A stretch of 64,000 nucleotides of DNA from Gemmatimonadota bacterium (GTDB taxonomy: Bacteria; Gemmatimonadota; Gemmatimonadetes; Palauibacterales; Palauibacteraceae). Position 1 is the first letter of the stretch, and each line of letters begins with the position of its first letter. The notes below the pieces were generated by a model. It was not told the DNA's origin. It searched no databases and saw nothing but the letters and a program-made list of their open reading frames with translations. Positions 36,612 to 47,113 of this stretch are shown here, one piece after another. Made by a program: the position numbers and the translations under genes. The stretch covers positions 1,120,001 through 1,184,000 of the forward strand of contig OZ220691.1 in NCBI GenBank assembly GCA_965116475.1, in the 5' to 3' direction.

Positions 36612-36660
36612 CCCGGAGCGACGGCGCGGAACCCGGAGCGACGGCGCGGAACCCGGAGCG
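36612..36660. repeat. 20-bp tandem repeat, ~2.5 copies (CCCGGAGCGACGGCGCGGAA)
   Basis: Exact copies at 36612 and 36632, partial third copy at 36652; intergenic. Confidence 0.85.
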
Positions 36661-36719
36661 CGGCGGGCCGTATGACGGTGTGACCACGTCGAGCCGAGCA
36701 CATCCCGCGAAGTGAAACC

Positions 36720-37187
36720 GTGACGAGCCACGATACTCTGACAGATCCGACCCCCGCCGGTGAGTTGACCCGCGGCATCGTGCCCGGAGGCACCGTGCTC
36801 GCCGATTTCCTCTACCCCGAGCCGGCGGAGCGCCGCGTCGGCGCGATCATCGGCTGGTGGGAGAAACGCCGCCTCCCCTACAACCTCATCGTCGGCGGCA
36901 CCGGACTCGTGACGATGACATTTGGCGCGGCGCTCACGGCGGTGGTCGCGACACTTCAACCGGTCGACATGGTCCGCGCGGCGATCTGGTGGGCCGTGTG
37001 GGCGAACGTGTGCTATTCGCTGGGTCCCGCGGTCGAGATCGCGCTCGAGAAGCTGTTCGGCCGGCGGCTTCTTCCGACCGGTCCCCTCCTCTTCCGGGCC
37101 GGCGTGACCATCGCCGTCGGCGTCACCCTCCTGCCCATCATCCCCCTCACGATCGGGTTCATCCTGAACTTCTTCGGGCTGCTCTGA
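36720..37187 (+). CDS. Hypothetical membrane protein (paralog A)
   Basis: AIIGWWEKRRLPYNLIVG, ANVCYSLG, 3 TM; near-identical motifs in 37882..38352. Confidence 0.75.
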   Translation: MTSHDTLTDPTPAGELTRGIVPGGTVLADFLYPEPAERRVGAIIGWWEKRRLPYNLIVGGTGLVTMTFGAALTAVVATLQPVDMVRAAIWWAVWANVCYSLGPAVEIALEKLFGRRLLPTGPLLFRAGVTIAVGVTLLPIIPLTIGFILNFFGLL

Positions 37188-37738
37188 CGACCGCGAGATG
37201 GGGCCTGTGGCTCCTGTGGGTGTCGGCGAGCGGAGTCGGTGGAGCCGTGGGCGTGGTACCTGCGAGGATCGTCGGAACCACGATGGGCGAGGCCGTCCTC
37301 GGGGCCGTCGCGCTGGGCGGGATCCTCGGCGCGGTCGCGACGGGCCAGTGGCTCATCATGCGGCGACGCCTGTCCTGGGCTGCCCGGTGGGCGACGGCAA
37401 CGGTGGCGGGAGGACTCGCCGGGGGGGCCGTCGCTCTTGGCGTGTTGGACGCTTTGTCCGCAAACGGGAGTGAGACCCTCGGCGCCGTCCTGGGGACGCT
37501 CGCGGGCCTGGGCGTGTTCGGCACTGTCCAGTGGATGATTCTCCGTCGGGTCGCGCGGGCCGGCTGGTGGGTGGCGGCAAGCGTCGCGGGCCTCGTCGCG
37601 GCAGGCCCCCTCGGTGTGGGCCTGCTGGGAATGCTCGTCGGAGACGGCGGAGGGTTCGGGGTCGTGTACGGAGCGATCACGGGGGTTCGGTTCACCTCCG
37701 TGATCTCGAAGCGCCCGGCTTCCGCGCCAGCCGTCTGA
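37184..37738 (+). CDS. Hypothetical Gly/Ala-rich multi-TM membrane protein (repeated G..QW..LRR motif); start uncertain
   Basis: ATGQWLIMRRR..W..W and GTVQWMILRR...WW repeats, YGAITG; no ATG/GTG at the expected start, CTG overlaps the upstream stop. Confidence 0.6.
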   Translation: MTTARWGLWLLWVSASGVGGAVGVVPARIVGTTMGEAVLGAVALGGILGAVATGQWLIMRRRLSWAARWATATVAGGLAGGAVALGVLDALSANGSETLGAVLGTLAGLGVFGTVQWMILRRVARAGWWVAASVAGLVAAGPLGVGLLGMLVGDGGGFGVVYGAITGVRFTSVISKRPASAPAV

Positions 37739-37881
37739 GGGAAGTCGGACGGGGCCGATCGCGCACAACGCGGCTCCGGGGGAACCCGCTGCGAGCTCGG
37801 CCGTATCATGTTGAGCACCGCCGGGTGGGGAGGCCGCCCACCAGCGCCACGACCGCGACGCAGGCCCGAGACGAGCCCGGA

Positions 37882-38352
37882 ATGAATCCCGACGCCATAA
37901 CCGAATCGACCTCTCGCTGCGGCGGACTCACGCAGAGTGCGGTCCCCGGAGGCACCTTCCTCGCGGACTTCTTCTATCCGGCTCCGGCGGAGCGTCGCGT
38001 CGGGGCGATCATCGGCTGGTGGGAGAAGCGCCGTCTTCCCTACAACCTCATCATCGGCGGAACCGGCCTCCTGTCTGCGACCGCCGTCTCCTTCTTCATG
38101 ACATTGAACGGCGGACCCGGGCTGGTCGATTGGCTCCAGGTCGGTTTGTTCTGGCTGATCGCGGCCAATGCGTGCTACACGCTCGGACCCGCCGTCGAGA
38201 TCGCGCTCCAGAAGTTCCTGGGCCGGGAGGCCCTTCCCGCCGGCCCTCTACTCTTCCGAGCCGGCCTGACCATCGCCCTCGGCGTCGCGCTGGCGCCCAT
38301 CATCTTCGTCACGATCGCGCACCTGGCGACGGCGCTTGGCGTCGGCCCCTGA
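37882..38352 (+). CDS. Hypothetical membrane protein (paralog B)
   Basis: AIIGWWEKRRLPYNLIIG, ANACYTLG, GPLLFRAG. Confidence 0.75.
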   Translation: MNPDAITESTSRCGGLTQSAVPGGTFLADFFYPAPAERRVGAIIGWWEKRRLPYNLIIGGTGLLSATAVSFFMTLNGGPGLVDWLQVGLFWLIAANACYTLGPAVEIALQKFLGREALPAGPLLFRAGLTIALGVALAPIIFVTIAHLATALGVGP

Positions 38353-38373
38353 CGGGTCGCAACCTCCACGTCG

Positions 38374-38389
38374 CGTTCCCGCGGGAACG
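38374..38389. repeat. Perfect 16-bp palindrome CGTTCCCGCGGGAACG (copy 1)
   Basis: Intergenic between convergent genes; identical copy at 49137..49152. Confidence 0.75.
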
Positions 38390-38453
38390 TCCTTTCGTCA
38401 GTCGACGCCGAGCTCACGCCCCTCGAACGCAGCGGGGCTTTTTCCGCGGGCTG

Positions 38454-39314
38454 CTAGATCGTTTCGAGATCTCCGGCTCGTATCCAGCCCACCTTGCCGT
38501 CTTCCAGCACGATCTCGAGCCAGTCGCTCGATCTCCGGTCGATCCTCACGACGGCCCCCTCGTGAATCGTGAACAACCGCAGCGCGGGGTCGTCGGAGGG
38601 CGCGCTCTGAACGGCGGCCTCCGTCCGCAGGATTACCCCGCGCTCCGCGCGCCCGATACCGAATTCGCGGATCAGGAGGTTCGTGCCGACGACGACGGTG
38701 AGCGCGGCGGCGGCGACCGCGGCGTGGCGGGTCCAGACCGGCGGGGCGGTCGAGAGGAGCCGGTAGAGCAGGATGGATGCCAGCCCCAGGTAGCCCACAG
38801 CCAGGATCGCAATGAGCCACTCGCGCGGCACCAGTTGCACCGCCCACGTGACGACGCGGGGCACCCAGAACCCGGGGAGCGGCGTGATCTGGTCGGCGGT
38901 CAGCGAGCGCGCGAGTTCCAGGTTCGTGCGCACGCTCTCATCGCGGGGCAGCGCAACCCTGGCGCGCTCGTAGAAGAGGATCGACCTCCCGAGTTCGCCG
39001 AGCCTGAAGTAGGCGTTGCCGATGTTGTAATGGAGTTCGCCGCTCTCGAACCCGTCCTCGTACAGTCCGAGCCAGGCCTCGAGGGCGCCTTCATGATCTC
39101 CGGCCTGGTAGAGGCTGTTCCCCGCCTGGAACCGGTCTGCCGGAGCCGGGGCGGGCGTTGCGGCGGGTGCGGCCTCCTGCGCCTCGGAGAACCCGGTCGC
39201 CGAGGCCGGGGCGAGCGTTGGGGCGAGGGCGAGCGCCACGACCGGGAGCCCGGCGGTCGCCAGCCCGGCGGCCGCCGGTCCGTGTCGACGCCCGATGGCC
39301 CGGCGCGCGATCAT
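38454..39314 (-). CDS. batE: BatE-like TPR + SH3 protein
   Basis: YNIGNAYFRLGELGRSILFYERA, TMs, SAPS...LFTIHEG..V...W.EI.L.DGKVGW. Confidence 0.85.
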   Translation of the reverse strand: MIARRAIGRRHGPAAAGLATAGLPVVALALAPTLAPASATGFSEAQEAAPAATPAPAPADRFQAGNSLYQAGDHEGALEAWLGLYEDGFESGELHYNIGNAYFRLGELGRSILFYERARVALPRDESVRTNLELARSLTADQITPLPGFWVPRVVTWAVQLVPREWLIAILAVGYLGLASILLYRLLSTAPPVWTRHAAVAAAALTVVVGTNLLIREFGIGRAERGVILRTEAAVQSAPSDDPALRLFTIHEGAVVRIDRRSSDWLEIVLEDGKVGWIRAGDLETI

Positions 39315-41185
39315 CGGAGGTCTCGCGCGAGGGCGGACAGCACGGACTCGGCGCGGGCCAGGAACGCCTTGCGTTCTTCGATCTCGGCGCCGACCGGGGC
39401 GAACCGCTGCCGGTCGCAGTCTTCGAGTACGGCGAAGTACTCTTCGACGGTGGGCTCGCGGGCGCCGCGGCGGAGCAGGGCGGCGCGGAGGTCGTCGCGG
39501 ATCATTCCGGCGGCGGAGGTGTCGAGCTTGTCGGCGACGAACCCCTCCAGCGCCTGGGCGGTCTCGGCGTGGAAGGCCCGCGCATCGTCGCCTCCCGCGA
39601 GCCCGGCGGCCCGGGCGAGGCGCTTCTTCGCCACGCGGGCGGCCCGGCGGTCGCGGGCGTACGCCTGGTCACCGGCGAGCCGGTCGCGGCGGCGGCGCAG
39701 CCCGGCCGCGCCCGCGACCATGCCGACGGGCGCCAGCGCGACGATCCAGAACCACGCCCGGTCGAACAGCGTCTCCCCCCGGCGGCGGAAGCGCGGCGTG
39801 TCGATCCGGATGAAGCGGATGTCCGAGCGCAGCGCCTCGACGGAACCGCGCGCGCGTGCCCCCGGCAGCGCGTCCTCGACCGCCCGGCCCGTGACCCGCA
39901 ACTCGACCGGCGCCGCCGACGCGATCTCGTAGCGGTCCGCCGCGGCGTCGAAGTACCCCATGTCCACGCCGGGGATCGTCAGCACGCCCGGCGCCCGCGG
40001 GATGAGGACGTACTCCCAGGTCCGCATCCCCGAGACGCCCGCGTCGTCGGTTCGCAGCCGGTCCGACACCTCGGGCGGAAAGGCCTCCACGGTCGGCGGA
40101 AAGACGAGTTCCGGCGGCGCCAACGCCTTCAGGTTGCCGGAACCCGACACCTCCACGCGCAGCGTGACCGCCTCGTTCGCGGCCAGGCTGTCCCGGTCGA
40201 CGGCACTCGCGACGGCCAGGTCCCCCACGAGGCCGGTGAAGCCCGCGGGCCGGCCCTCGGCGGGGAGGGGGAGCACCTCGATCTCGACCGGACGGGAGGC
40301 GGCGCCCACCGTCACGACGTCCCCGAACAGGGAACTTCGGTTGAAGAACCCCCCGAACACATCGTCGAACGGATCGCGCGACCGGCGCTGCAGGCGGGCC
40401 TGAGCCTCGATCGCGAGCGGTTCGAGCGTCTTCGTGCCCGGCCCCGTCGGGTACAGCGCCACCTTCCGGATCACCGCGGTGGCATACGCGACCCCGTCGC
40501 GCACGATCTGCTCGACCTGCGGCTGTTGCGGAAGCTCGAACTCCTCGACCCAGAAGCCCGCCGTGCCGGGGAGTCGCGTGACCCCGTACGAACTCACGTT
40601 GACGCGCGTGAAGAGTCGGTATTCGACGATGACCGGCTCGTTCTCCCGCACGCGGCGCTTGTTCGGCTCGGCGACGATGAAGAGGTCGTCCGAGCCGATG
40701 GTCCCCGCATCGGAAGGCTGCCCCGCGGGCGCTCCCCCCGCTCCCGGCGCCGGTTGGGGAGACGAGGACACGCGCAGGCTCAACGGCTCCGTGGTCAGCG
40801 TCTCCCCGCCCGCCTCGACCGTTACCGACCCGATCTCGAACGTCCCCTCCGCCGTCGCCTGGAACCGGTACTGCACCGTGAGCGAGACGGTCGTCTGGCC
40901 GTTCACGATGCGGACCGACGTCTGGGTCCCGCTGCTCAGGAAGGCGGCGAAGGCGCCCATGTCGGGAAGGGCCGGGTCCTGGTCGAAGCGCTGGACGCCT
41001 TCCAGGACGACGTTGAGCGTGAAGGTCTGCCCGACGCCGACCTCCCCGCGGTCGAGATGCGCGGAAGCCGTGATCTCCTGCCCCGAGAGCGCGCCCGGGG
41101 CGAGACAGCAACCGATGAGCCAGCCGAGCGCGACAACCGTGGCCGCGTGCCGCGGGCGGGCCGGGGGTCGAAGGCGTCGCATCAC
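39311..41185 (-). CDS. batD: BatD family protein
   Basis: VRIVNG, GFWVEE, VLPLP...GLVG, VSGSGNL, SDIRFI; position in the bat operon. Confidence 0.85.
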   Translation of the reverse strand: MMRRLRPPARPRHAATVVALGWLIGCCLAPGALSGQEITASAHLDRGEVGVGQTFTLNVVLEGVQRFDQDPALPDMGAFAAFLSSGTQTSVRIVNGQTTVSLTVQYRFQATAEGTFEIGSVTVEAGGETLTTEPLSLRVSSSPQPAPGAGGAPAGQPSDAGTIGSDDLFIVAEPNKRRVRENEPVIVEYRLFTRVNVSSYGVTRLPGTAGFWVEEFELPQQPQVEQIVRDGVAYATAVIRKVALYPTGPGTKTLEPLAIEAQARLQRRSRDPFDDVFGGFFNRSSLFGDVVTVGAASRPVEIEVLPLPAEGRPAGFTGLVGDLAVASAVDRDSLAANEAVTLRVEVSGSGNLKALAPPELVFPPTVEAFPPEVSDRLRTDDAGVSGMRTWEYVLIPRAPGVLTIPGVDMGYFDAAADRYEIASAAPVELRVTGRAVEDALPGARARGSVEALRSDIRFIRIDTPRFRRRGETLFDRAWFWIVALAPVGMVAGAAGLRRRRDRLAGDQAYARDRRAARVAKKRLARAAGLAGGDDARAFHAETAQALEGFVADKLDTSAAGMIRDDLRAALLRRGAREPTVEEYFAVLEDCDRQRFAPVGAEIEERKAFLARAESVLSALARDLR

Positions 41186-41961
41186 CAGTCCCTGCGCGGC
41201 CTCGTGCCGCGCGTCGGCGTGCGCGGCTGGCGGTTCACCTCGTCCTGATCTTCCCGGATCGCGTCCAGCAGCCGCTCCGCCTCCTCTCGCGTCATCTCGC
41301 CCGGCGGGGGCGTTCCCTCCTGCGGCTGCGGCTCCGATTCGTTCGGGTCCTGCTCCGGATCCTGCTCCGGATCCTGCGGGGGCTGATCCTGCGGCTCCTG
41401 TTCGGGGTCCTGGTCCTGCTCGCCGCCCTGCGGTGGCGGCTCGCCCTCTTCCTCGTTTTCCTCGTCGTTTTCCTCGTCGTTCTCGCCGTCGCTCTGCTGC
41501 TGTTGCTCCTGCATCTGTTCGAGCACGCGCTCGAGGTTGTGTTTGGCGTCGGCATCGGCCGGGTCGGCCCGCAGCGCCTGCTTGAAGGCCTCCAGGCTCT
41601 CGGGGAGCGCCCCCTGCCGGTAGAGCGTGTTCCCGAGGTTGTACCATGCGGCGGCCGCCAACTCCGGGTCTCCGCTCTCCACCGCGGCGCGGAAGGACTC
41701 AAGCGCGGACTCGTAGTCTTCGCCCCGGTAGAGCGCGTTCCCGTCGTTGAACCGGATGATGGGAGAGTCGGGGGCCTCGAGGAGCGCCTCCAGGTACTTC
41801 TCGTGCGCCTCGGCGAAACGTCCCTCCTCGTACAGGCGGTTCCCCTCGCGCGTCTCCGCGCGGCCCGCCTGCGCACGCGCCTCGGCGGGCGCCGCGGCCG
41901 CGAGGATCGCGATCACCATGGGCAGCCACAGCCGCCCGCTGCCGCCGCGCGTCGTACTCAC
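41182..41961 (-). CDS. batC: BatC-like TPR protein with acidic Q/E/D/P-rich linker
   Basis: REGNRLY, FNDGNALY, WYNLGNTLY, DAKHNLE, MTREEAERLLDA, ends RDW. Confidence 0.85.
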   Translation of the reverse strand: MSTTRGGSGRLWLPMVIAILAAAAPAEARAQAGRAETREGNRLYEEGRFAEAHEKYLEALLEAPDSPIIRFNDGNALYRGEDYESALESFRAAVESGDPELAAAAWYNLGNTLYRQGALPESLEAFKQALRADPADADAKHNLERVLEQMQEQQQQSDGENDEENDEENEEEGEPPPQGGEQDQDPEQEPQDQPPQDPEQDPEQDPNESEPQPQEGTPPPGEMTREEAERLLDAIREDQDEVNRQPRTPTRGTRPRRDW

Positions 41962-42989
41962 GAAAACCTCCCTCTCCAGGCCCTCACCGTCTGCTTCCGG
42001 TCCGTCCAAAGGCCTTCCAGGAACAATAGGAGAATCGCCGCTCCGAGGAATATCTGGAACTGCTCCTCGTACTGGGTGACCTCGCGCGCGTCGATCTCCC
42101 GTCCGCCCAGCTGCGCCACCTCCTCGATGAGCGCGGTCAACTCGCTCGCTTCGGGGGTGCTGCGGTAGAGCTGACCACCCGTTCGCGCCGCGATCTCCCG
42201 CAGGGTCGCCTCGTCGAGCCGGGTCGTGACGACGGCCCCCGCCTCGTCGCGCTTGAAACCGGCCGGCCGGCCTGCCGCGTCGTACTCGGGAATCGGGACG
42301 CCGTCCGTCGACCCCACGCCGACCGTGTGGATCGTAACCCCGGACTCGAGCGCGCGATCCACGGCCGGCTCGATGCCCCCCTCGTGGTCCTCGCCATCGG
42401 TGACGACGATGATGATGCGTTCCTCCACCGGCGCATCGGAGAAGGCGTCGAGCGCAAGTTCGAGCGCCGCCCCGAGATCTGTCCCCTGCACGGGCACGAG
42501 ATCCGTGTCCATCGCGTTGAGGAAGAGGCGCGCGGCTCCGTAGTCGGAGGTCAGCGGGCTCTGGACGAAGGCCTGGCCGGCGAAGGCGATGAGGCCGATG
42601 CGGTCCCCGTCCAGCCGTTCGACGAGGCGCTGGATCTCGAGCTTCGAGCGCTGCAGGCGGTTGGGGGCGAGGTCCTCCGCCAGCATCGACGTGGAGAGGT
42701 CGAGGGCGACGACGATGTCCATCCCCTCGCGGCGGACCGTCTCCACGCGCGAGCCGAACTGCGGGCGGGCGACGGCGACGACGGAGAGGCCGAGGACGGC
42801 AAGGAGTCCGACGGCCTTCCAGGCGCGGGCCCGCCGGTTCACGCTCCGGCTCAGCTGACGGACGAGCGCGAGGTCGCCGAAGCGGGCCAGCGCTCGGCGG
42901 CGGTGCGCCGCGCCGCGCCACATCAGTCCGGCGGCCAGCGGGATGAGCGCCAGCCCGAAGAGCGCCGTGACGAACCCGAAGCGGAACAC
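41958..42989 (-). CDS. batB: BatB-like vWA protein
   Basis: ARPQFG, DLSTSMLAED (MIDAS), QSPLTSD, TDGEDHEG. Confidence 0.88.
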   Translation of the reverse strand: MFRFGFVTALFGLALIPLAAGLMWRGAAHRRRALARFGDLALVRQLSRSVNRRARAWKAVGLLAVLGLSVVAVARPQFGSRVETVRREGMDIVVALDLSTSMLAEDLAPNRLQRSKLEIQRLVERLDGDRIGLIAFAGQAFVQSPLTSDYGAARLFLNAMDTDLVPVQGTDLGAALELALDAFSDAPVEERIIIVVTDGEDHEGGIEPAVDRALESGVTIHTVGVGSTDGVPIPEYDAAGRPAGFKRDEAGAVVTTRLDEATLREIAARTGGQLYRSTPEASELTALIEEVAQLGGREIDAREVTQYEEQFQIFLGAAILLLFLEGLWTDRKQTVRAWRGRFS

Positions 42990-43006
42990 GATCTCGCCTC
43001 CCCCCG

Positions 43007-44002
43007 CTACGGCAGTCGTCTCAGGACCGTCTGCGCGAGCCCGATCTCGAGCAGCAGCAGTCCGAGTCCCGCCGCGAGCGGGAAGTGGAAGAGTTCGCCG
43101 TACCGCGTGAAGCTCTGCACGTCGATCTCGGTCGTCTCGAGGGCGTCGATCTCCTCGTAGATGCGTTCGAGACTCTCGCGGTCCGTGGCCCGGAAGTAGC
43201 GGCCTCCGGTGACCTCGGCGACCTCCGTGAGAGTGGGTTCGTCGACATCCACCGGAATCGAGACGAGGCGCCGCCCGAAGACCGGATCGTCGACGGGGAC
43301 CGGGGCCGTCCCCCGCGAACCGGCACCGATCGTATAGACCCTGACCCCGAGAGCGCGGGCCATTTGAGCGGCGGTCGCCGGATCGATCTCGCCGCGGTTG
43401 TTCCGGCCATCGGTGAGGAGCACGATGATCCGCGACTCGGTCTGGCTGGATTCGAGGCGCTTGAGCGCGGTCGCGAGTCCGAGTCCGACCGCGGTCCCGT
43501 CCTCGACCATTCCCACCTGCAGTTCCGCCATGACGGCGGAGACGGCCGGGTGGTCGATCGTGAGCGGGGCCTGGGTGAACGCCTGGCCCGCGAACACGAC
43601 GAGTCCGATGCGGTCGTTGCGCCGGCGCTCGACGAAGTCCGCCGCGACCTCCTTGGCGGCCTCCAGCCGGTTGGGCGCGAGATCCTGCGCGAGCATGGAA
43701 CTGGAGATGTCGAGGGCCATGACGATGTCGATGCCCTCCGTCGACACGTCTTCGCTCGTCGAGGCGGACTGGGGGCGGGCGAAGGCGACGATGAGCGCAC
43801 TGAGGGCGAGAAGTCGCAGCGCCAGCGGCACATGGCGCAAGCGGCCGGTGCGCTCGGCTCCCGCGTGGCGGAGGAGCGCGAGGTCCGGGTAGCGCAGGGT
43901 GCCGGCCCTGCGCCCTCCCTTCGCCAGGTGCCGGTAGGCGAGCGCCGGGACGAGGAGAGGCAGGAGCAGGAGAAACGCGGGGTCCGCGAACCGGTGGATC
44001 AT
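43007..44002 (-). CDS. batA: BatA-like vWA protein
   Basis: ARPQ, DISSSM (MIDAS), DGTAVGLGL, LLTDGRNN.G, TGGRYFRATD. Confidence 0.9.
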   Translation of the reverse strand: MIHRFADPAFLLLLPLLVPALAYRHLAKGGRRAGTLRYPDLALLRHAGAERTGRLRHVPLALRLLALSALIVAFARPQSASTSEDVSTEGIDIVMALDISSSMLAQDLAPNRLEAAKEVAADFVERRRNDRIGLVVFAGQAFTQAPLTIDHPAVSAVMAELQVGMVEDGTAVGLGLATALKRLESSQTESRIIVLLTDGRNNRGEIDPATAAQMARALGVRVYTIGAGSRGTAPVPVDDPVFGRRLVSIPVDVDEPTLTEVAEVTGGRYFRATDRESLERIYEEIDALETTEIDVQSFTRYGELFHFPLAAGLGLLLLEIGLAQTVLRRLP

Positions 44003-44981
44003 GGCGCGGCCGCCTCCGCCTCCGTCTCCGCGGCGGGCGGCGGCGGCACGAACTTCGTCTGCTCCACCAGCGTGCGCGCGTCGGCCAGGATGTTCCGGCA
44101 TGCCGCGTCATCGGGCCGCCGTTTTGCGAACTTCACGAGGTCGCAGGCGTCCAGGAAGTGCTCGAAGGCCGTGCGAATCCCGGGGTCCACGCCGGCATGT
44201 CCCAGGCTCGAGATCACGTCCGGCGTGATCATCTCCAGGGCCCAGATCCGGTAGCGTCCCTCGACGTACGCGCGGATGATCCGGGACACCTCGACGTGGT
44301 ACGGCTTGATCTCGCCCCGCTCCAGCAGAGGGGACGCTTCGAGCCGGTCCAACGCCTCGAGCGCGATCTCGTGCGCCGGCCTGGTGGGCACAGGCGGTCG
44401 GGCGTCGGTCCCGCCGGGGCCGCGACGCCGCCGGCGCCCCCACCAGTACCCGGCGCCGGCCAGGGCCGCGGCGAGCAGGAACCACGGCCACAGGAGCAGC
44501 CAGTTGCGCGCGATCGCGCGCGGGCCCTTGACCTCGCGGATGTCCCCGCCCTCGTCGAGCCCCACCGTGGTCACGCCGATCACCACCGGGTCGGTTGCGA
44601 CGGTGGCCGTCCCATCGCCCCCGTCCGTGAGTTCGAGGGTAAAGGAGGGGATTTCGAGTTCCCCGAGTTCGAAGGCGGTCACGTGAAGCACCGCCGCCGT
44701 GCGGGCGCCGTCCGCCGAGACGTCGGACGGGCTCACTTCGAGCGCCAGCGCCTCGAAGGAACCCAGCGAGAGGGAATCGGGCCAGCGCACCGCGAGTTCC
44801 GCCGGGTGCTCGACGGTGAGCCGCAGCGCGAGCGGGTCGCCCACATGGATCTCGGTCGTGTCGGGCTCGATCGTGACCCGCGGCGCCTGCCCCCGCAGGT
44901 CTTCGCCCGCGCCGAGCGCCCCGCACGCCAGCAGGAGGCCGACGACCGCGGCCCACCGCTTCCCGCGCCCCGGTCCGCGGC

Positions 44982-44985
<4 letters not shown>
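43999..44985 (-). CDS. bat-operon membrane protein (DUF4381/BatD-like)
   Basis: Signal peptide, DIREVKGP, TM, AHEIALEAL, DLVKFAK. Confidence 0.75.
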
Positions 44986-45857
<872 letters not shown>

Positions 45858-45885
45858 CCCTCGATCCCTTCGCTTCCCCGAACGC

Positions 45886-46875
45886 CTACGGGACCTCGAC
45901 GCTGTCGAGGATCCGGTTCACGACATCTTCGCTCGTGACTTCCTCGGCTTCGGCCTCGTAGGTGACGAGCACGCGGTGCCGCAGGACGTCGAGGGCGACG
46001 GAGCGCACATCCTCCGGCGTCACGTAGCCCCGGTGCCGCAGGAAGGCGTGTGCCCGCGCCGTGCGCGCCAGGCAGATGCTGGCCCTCGGCGACGCGCCGT
46101 AGGCGATGAGGTCGGCGAGGTCTTCGAGTCCGTGGTCGGCGGGCGCGCGGGAGGCGAACACCAGCTCCACGATGTACCGTTCGACCTGCCGGTCCATGTA
46201 GATGAGGTCGACCGCGCCGCGCGCCCGGAGGATCTCGTCCGGCGTGACGACCGTCTGCGGTTCGGGACCGGATCCGACGCCCATGCGCCGCATGATCTCC
46301 AGCTCTTCCTCCTTGTCGGGATACCCGACGGAGAGCTTGAGCATGAAGCGGTCGACCTGCGCCTCGGGGAGCGGGTACGTCCCCTCCTGCTCGATCGGGT
46401 TCTGCGTCGCGAGGACGAGGAACGGATCGTCGAGGGGGAAGGTCTCGTCCCCGATCGTGACCGTCCGTTCCTGCATCGCCTCGAGGAGCGCGGACTGGAC
46501 CTTGGCGGGGGACCGGTTGATCTCGTCGGCGAGGATGATATTGGAGAAGATCGGACCCTTCCGGGTCTGGAACTCGCTCCGCTTGGGGTCGAAGATCAGC
46601 GTTCCGATGAGGTCGGCGGGAAGGAGGTCCGGCGTGAACTGGATCCTCTGGAAGCCGGTGTCGATCGCCCGCGCGAGCGTCCTCACCGTGAGGGTCTTCG
46701 CCAGCCCCGGCACGCCCTCCATGAGCACGTGCCCGTCGGCGAGCAGGCCGATGAGCAGCCGCTCGACCATGGTGCGCTGCCCCACGATGACGCGCCCCAC
46801 CTCGTCCACCAGCCGCTCCACGAAGGCGCTCTGCTCGCGGATCTTCTCCTGTATCGCTTCGATGTCGTGACTCAC
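45886..46875 (-). CDS. moxR: MoxR-family AAA+ ATPase
   Basis: EGVPGLAKT, RIQFTPDLLPAD, LADEINR, ATQNPIEQEGTYPLPEAQVDRF, GASPRA. Confidence 0.95.
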   Translation of the reverse strand: MSHDIEAIQEKIREQSAFVERLVDEVGRVIVGQRTMVERLLIGLLADGHVLMEGVPGLAKTLTVRTLARAIDTGFQRIQFTPDLLPADLIGTLIFDPKRSEFQTRKGPIFSNIILADEINRSPAKVQSALLEAMQERTVTIGDETFPLDDPFLVLATQNPIEQEGTYPLPEAQVDRFMLKLSVGYPDKEEELEIMRRMGVGSGPEPQTVVTPDEILRARGAVDLIYMDRQVERYIVELVFASRAPADHGLEDLADLIAYGASPRASICLARTARAHAFLRHRGYVTPEDVRSVALDVLRHRVLVTYEAEAEEVTSEDVVNRILDSVEVP

Positions 46876-47113
46876 CGCGGTGCGTTCCTCTCCTCTCGAT
46901 TCGTCTCCAGCATGGTTTCGCGCGAAAGCCCGGCAGAGCGCGGTCGAACCGCCTCGGGCGCCGGGCGCCGACGGGGATCGGCGTTTGAGAGACATTTTAT
47001 CGAATTTCGGCGTTGCCCGAAGGGCTTCCGCTCCCCCCGCGTTGACGGGGGCGGTGGCGACGGTCACCGTGAAACCGAACACCCAGTCGCGGAGTGCCAA
47101 CCGGGAGGGCCGA

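Noticed and set aside
36612-36660. Possible mini-CRISPR array
   Set aside because: The repeats are directly adjacent with no unique spacers, the unit is only 20 bp, and there are no cas genes.
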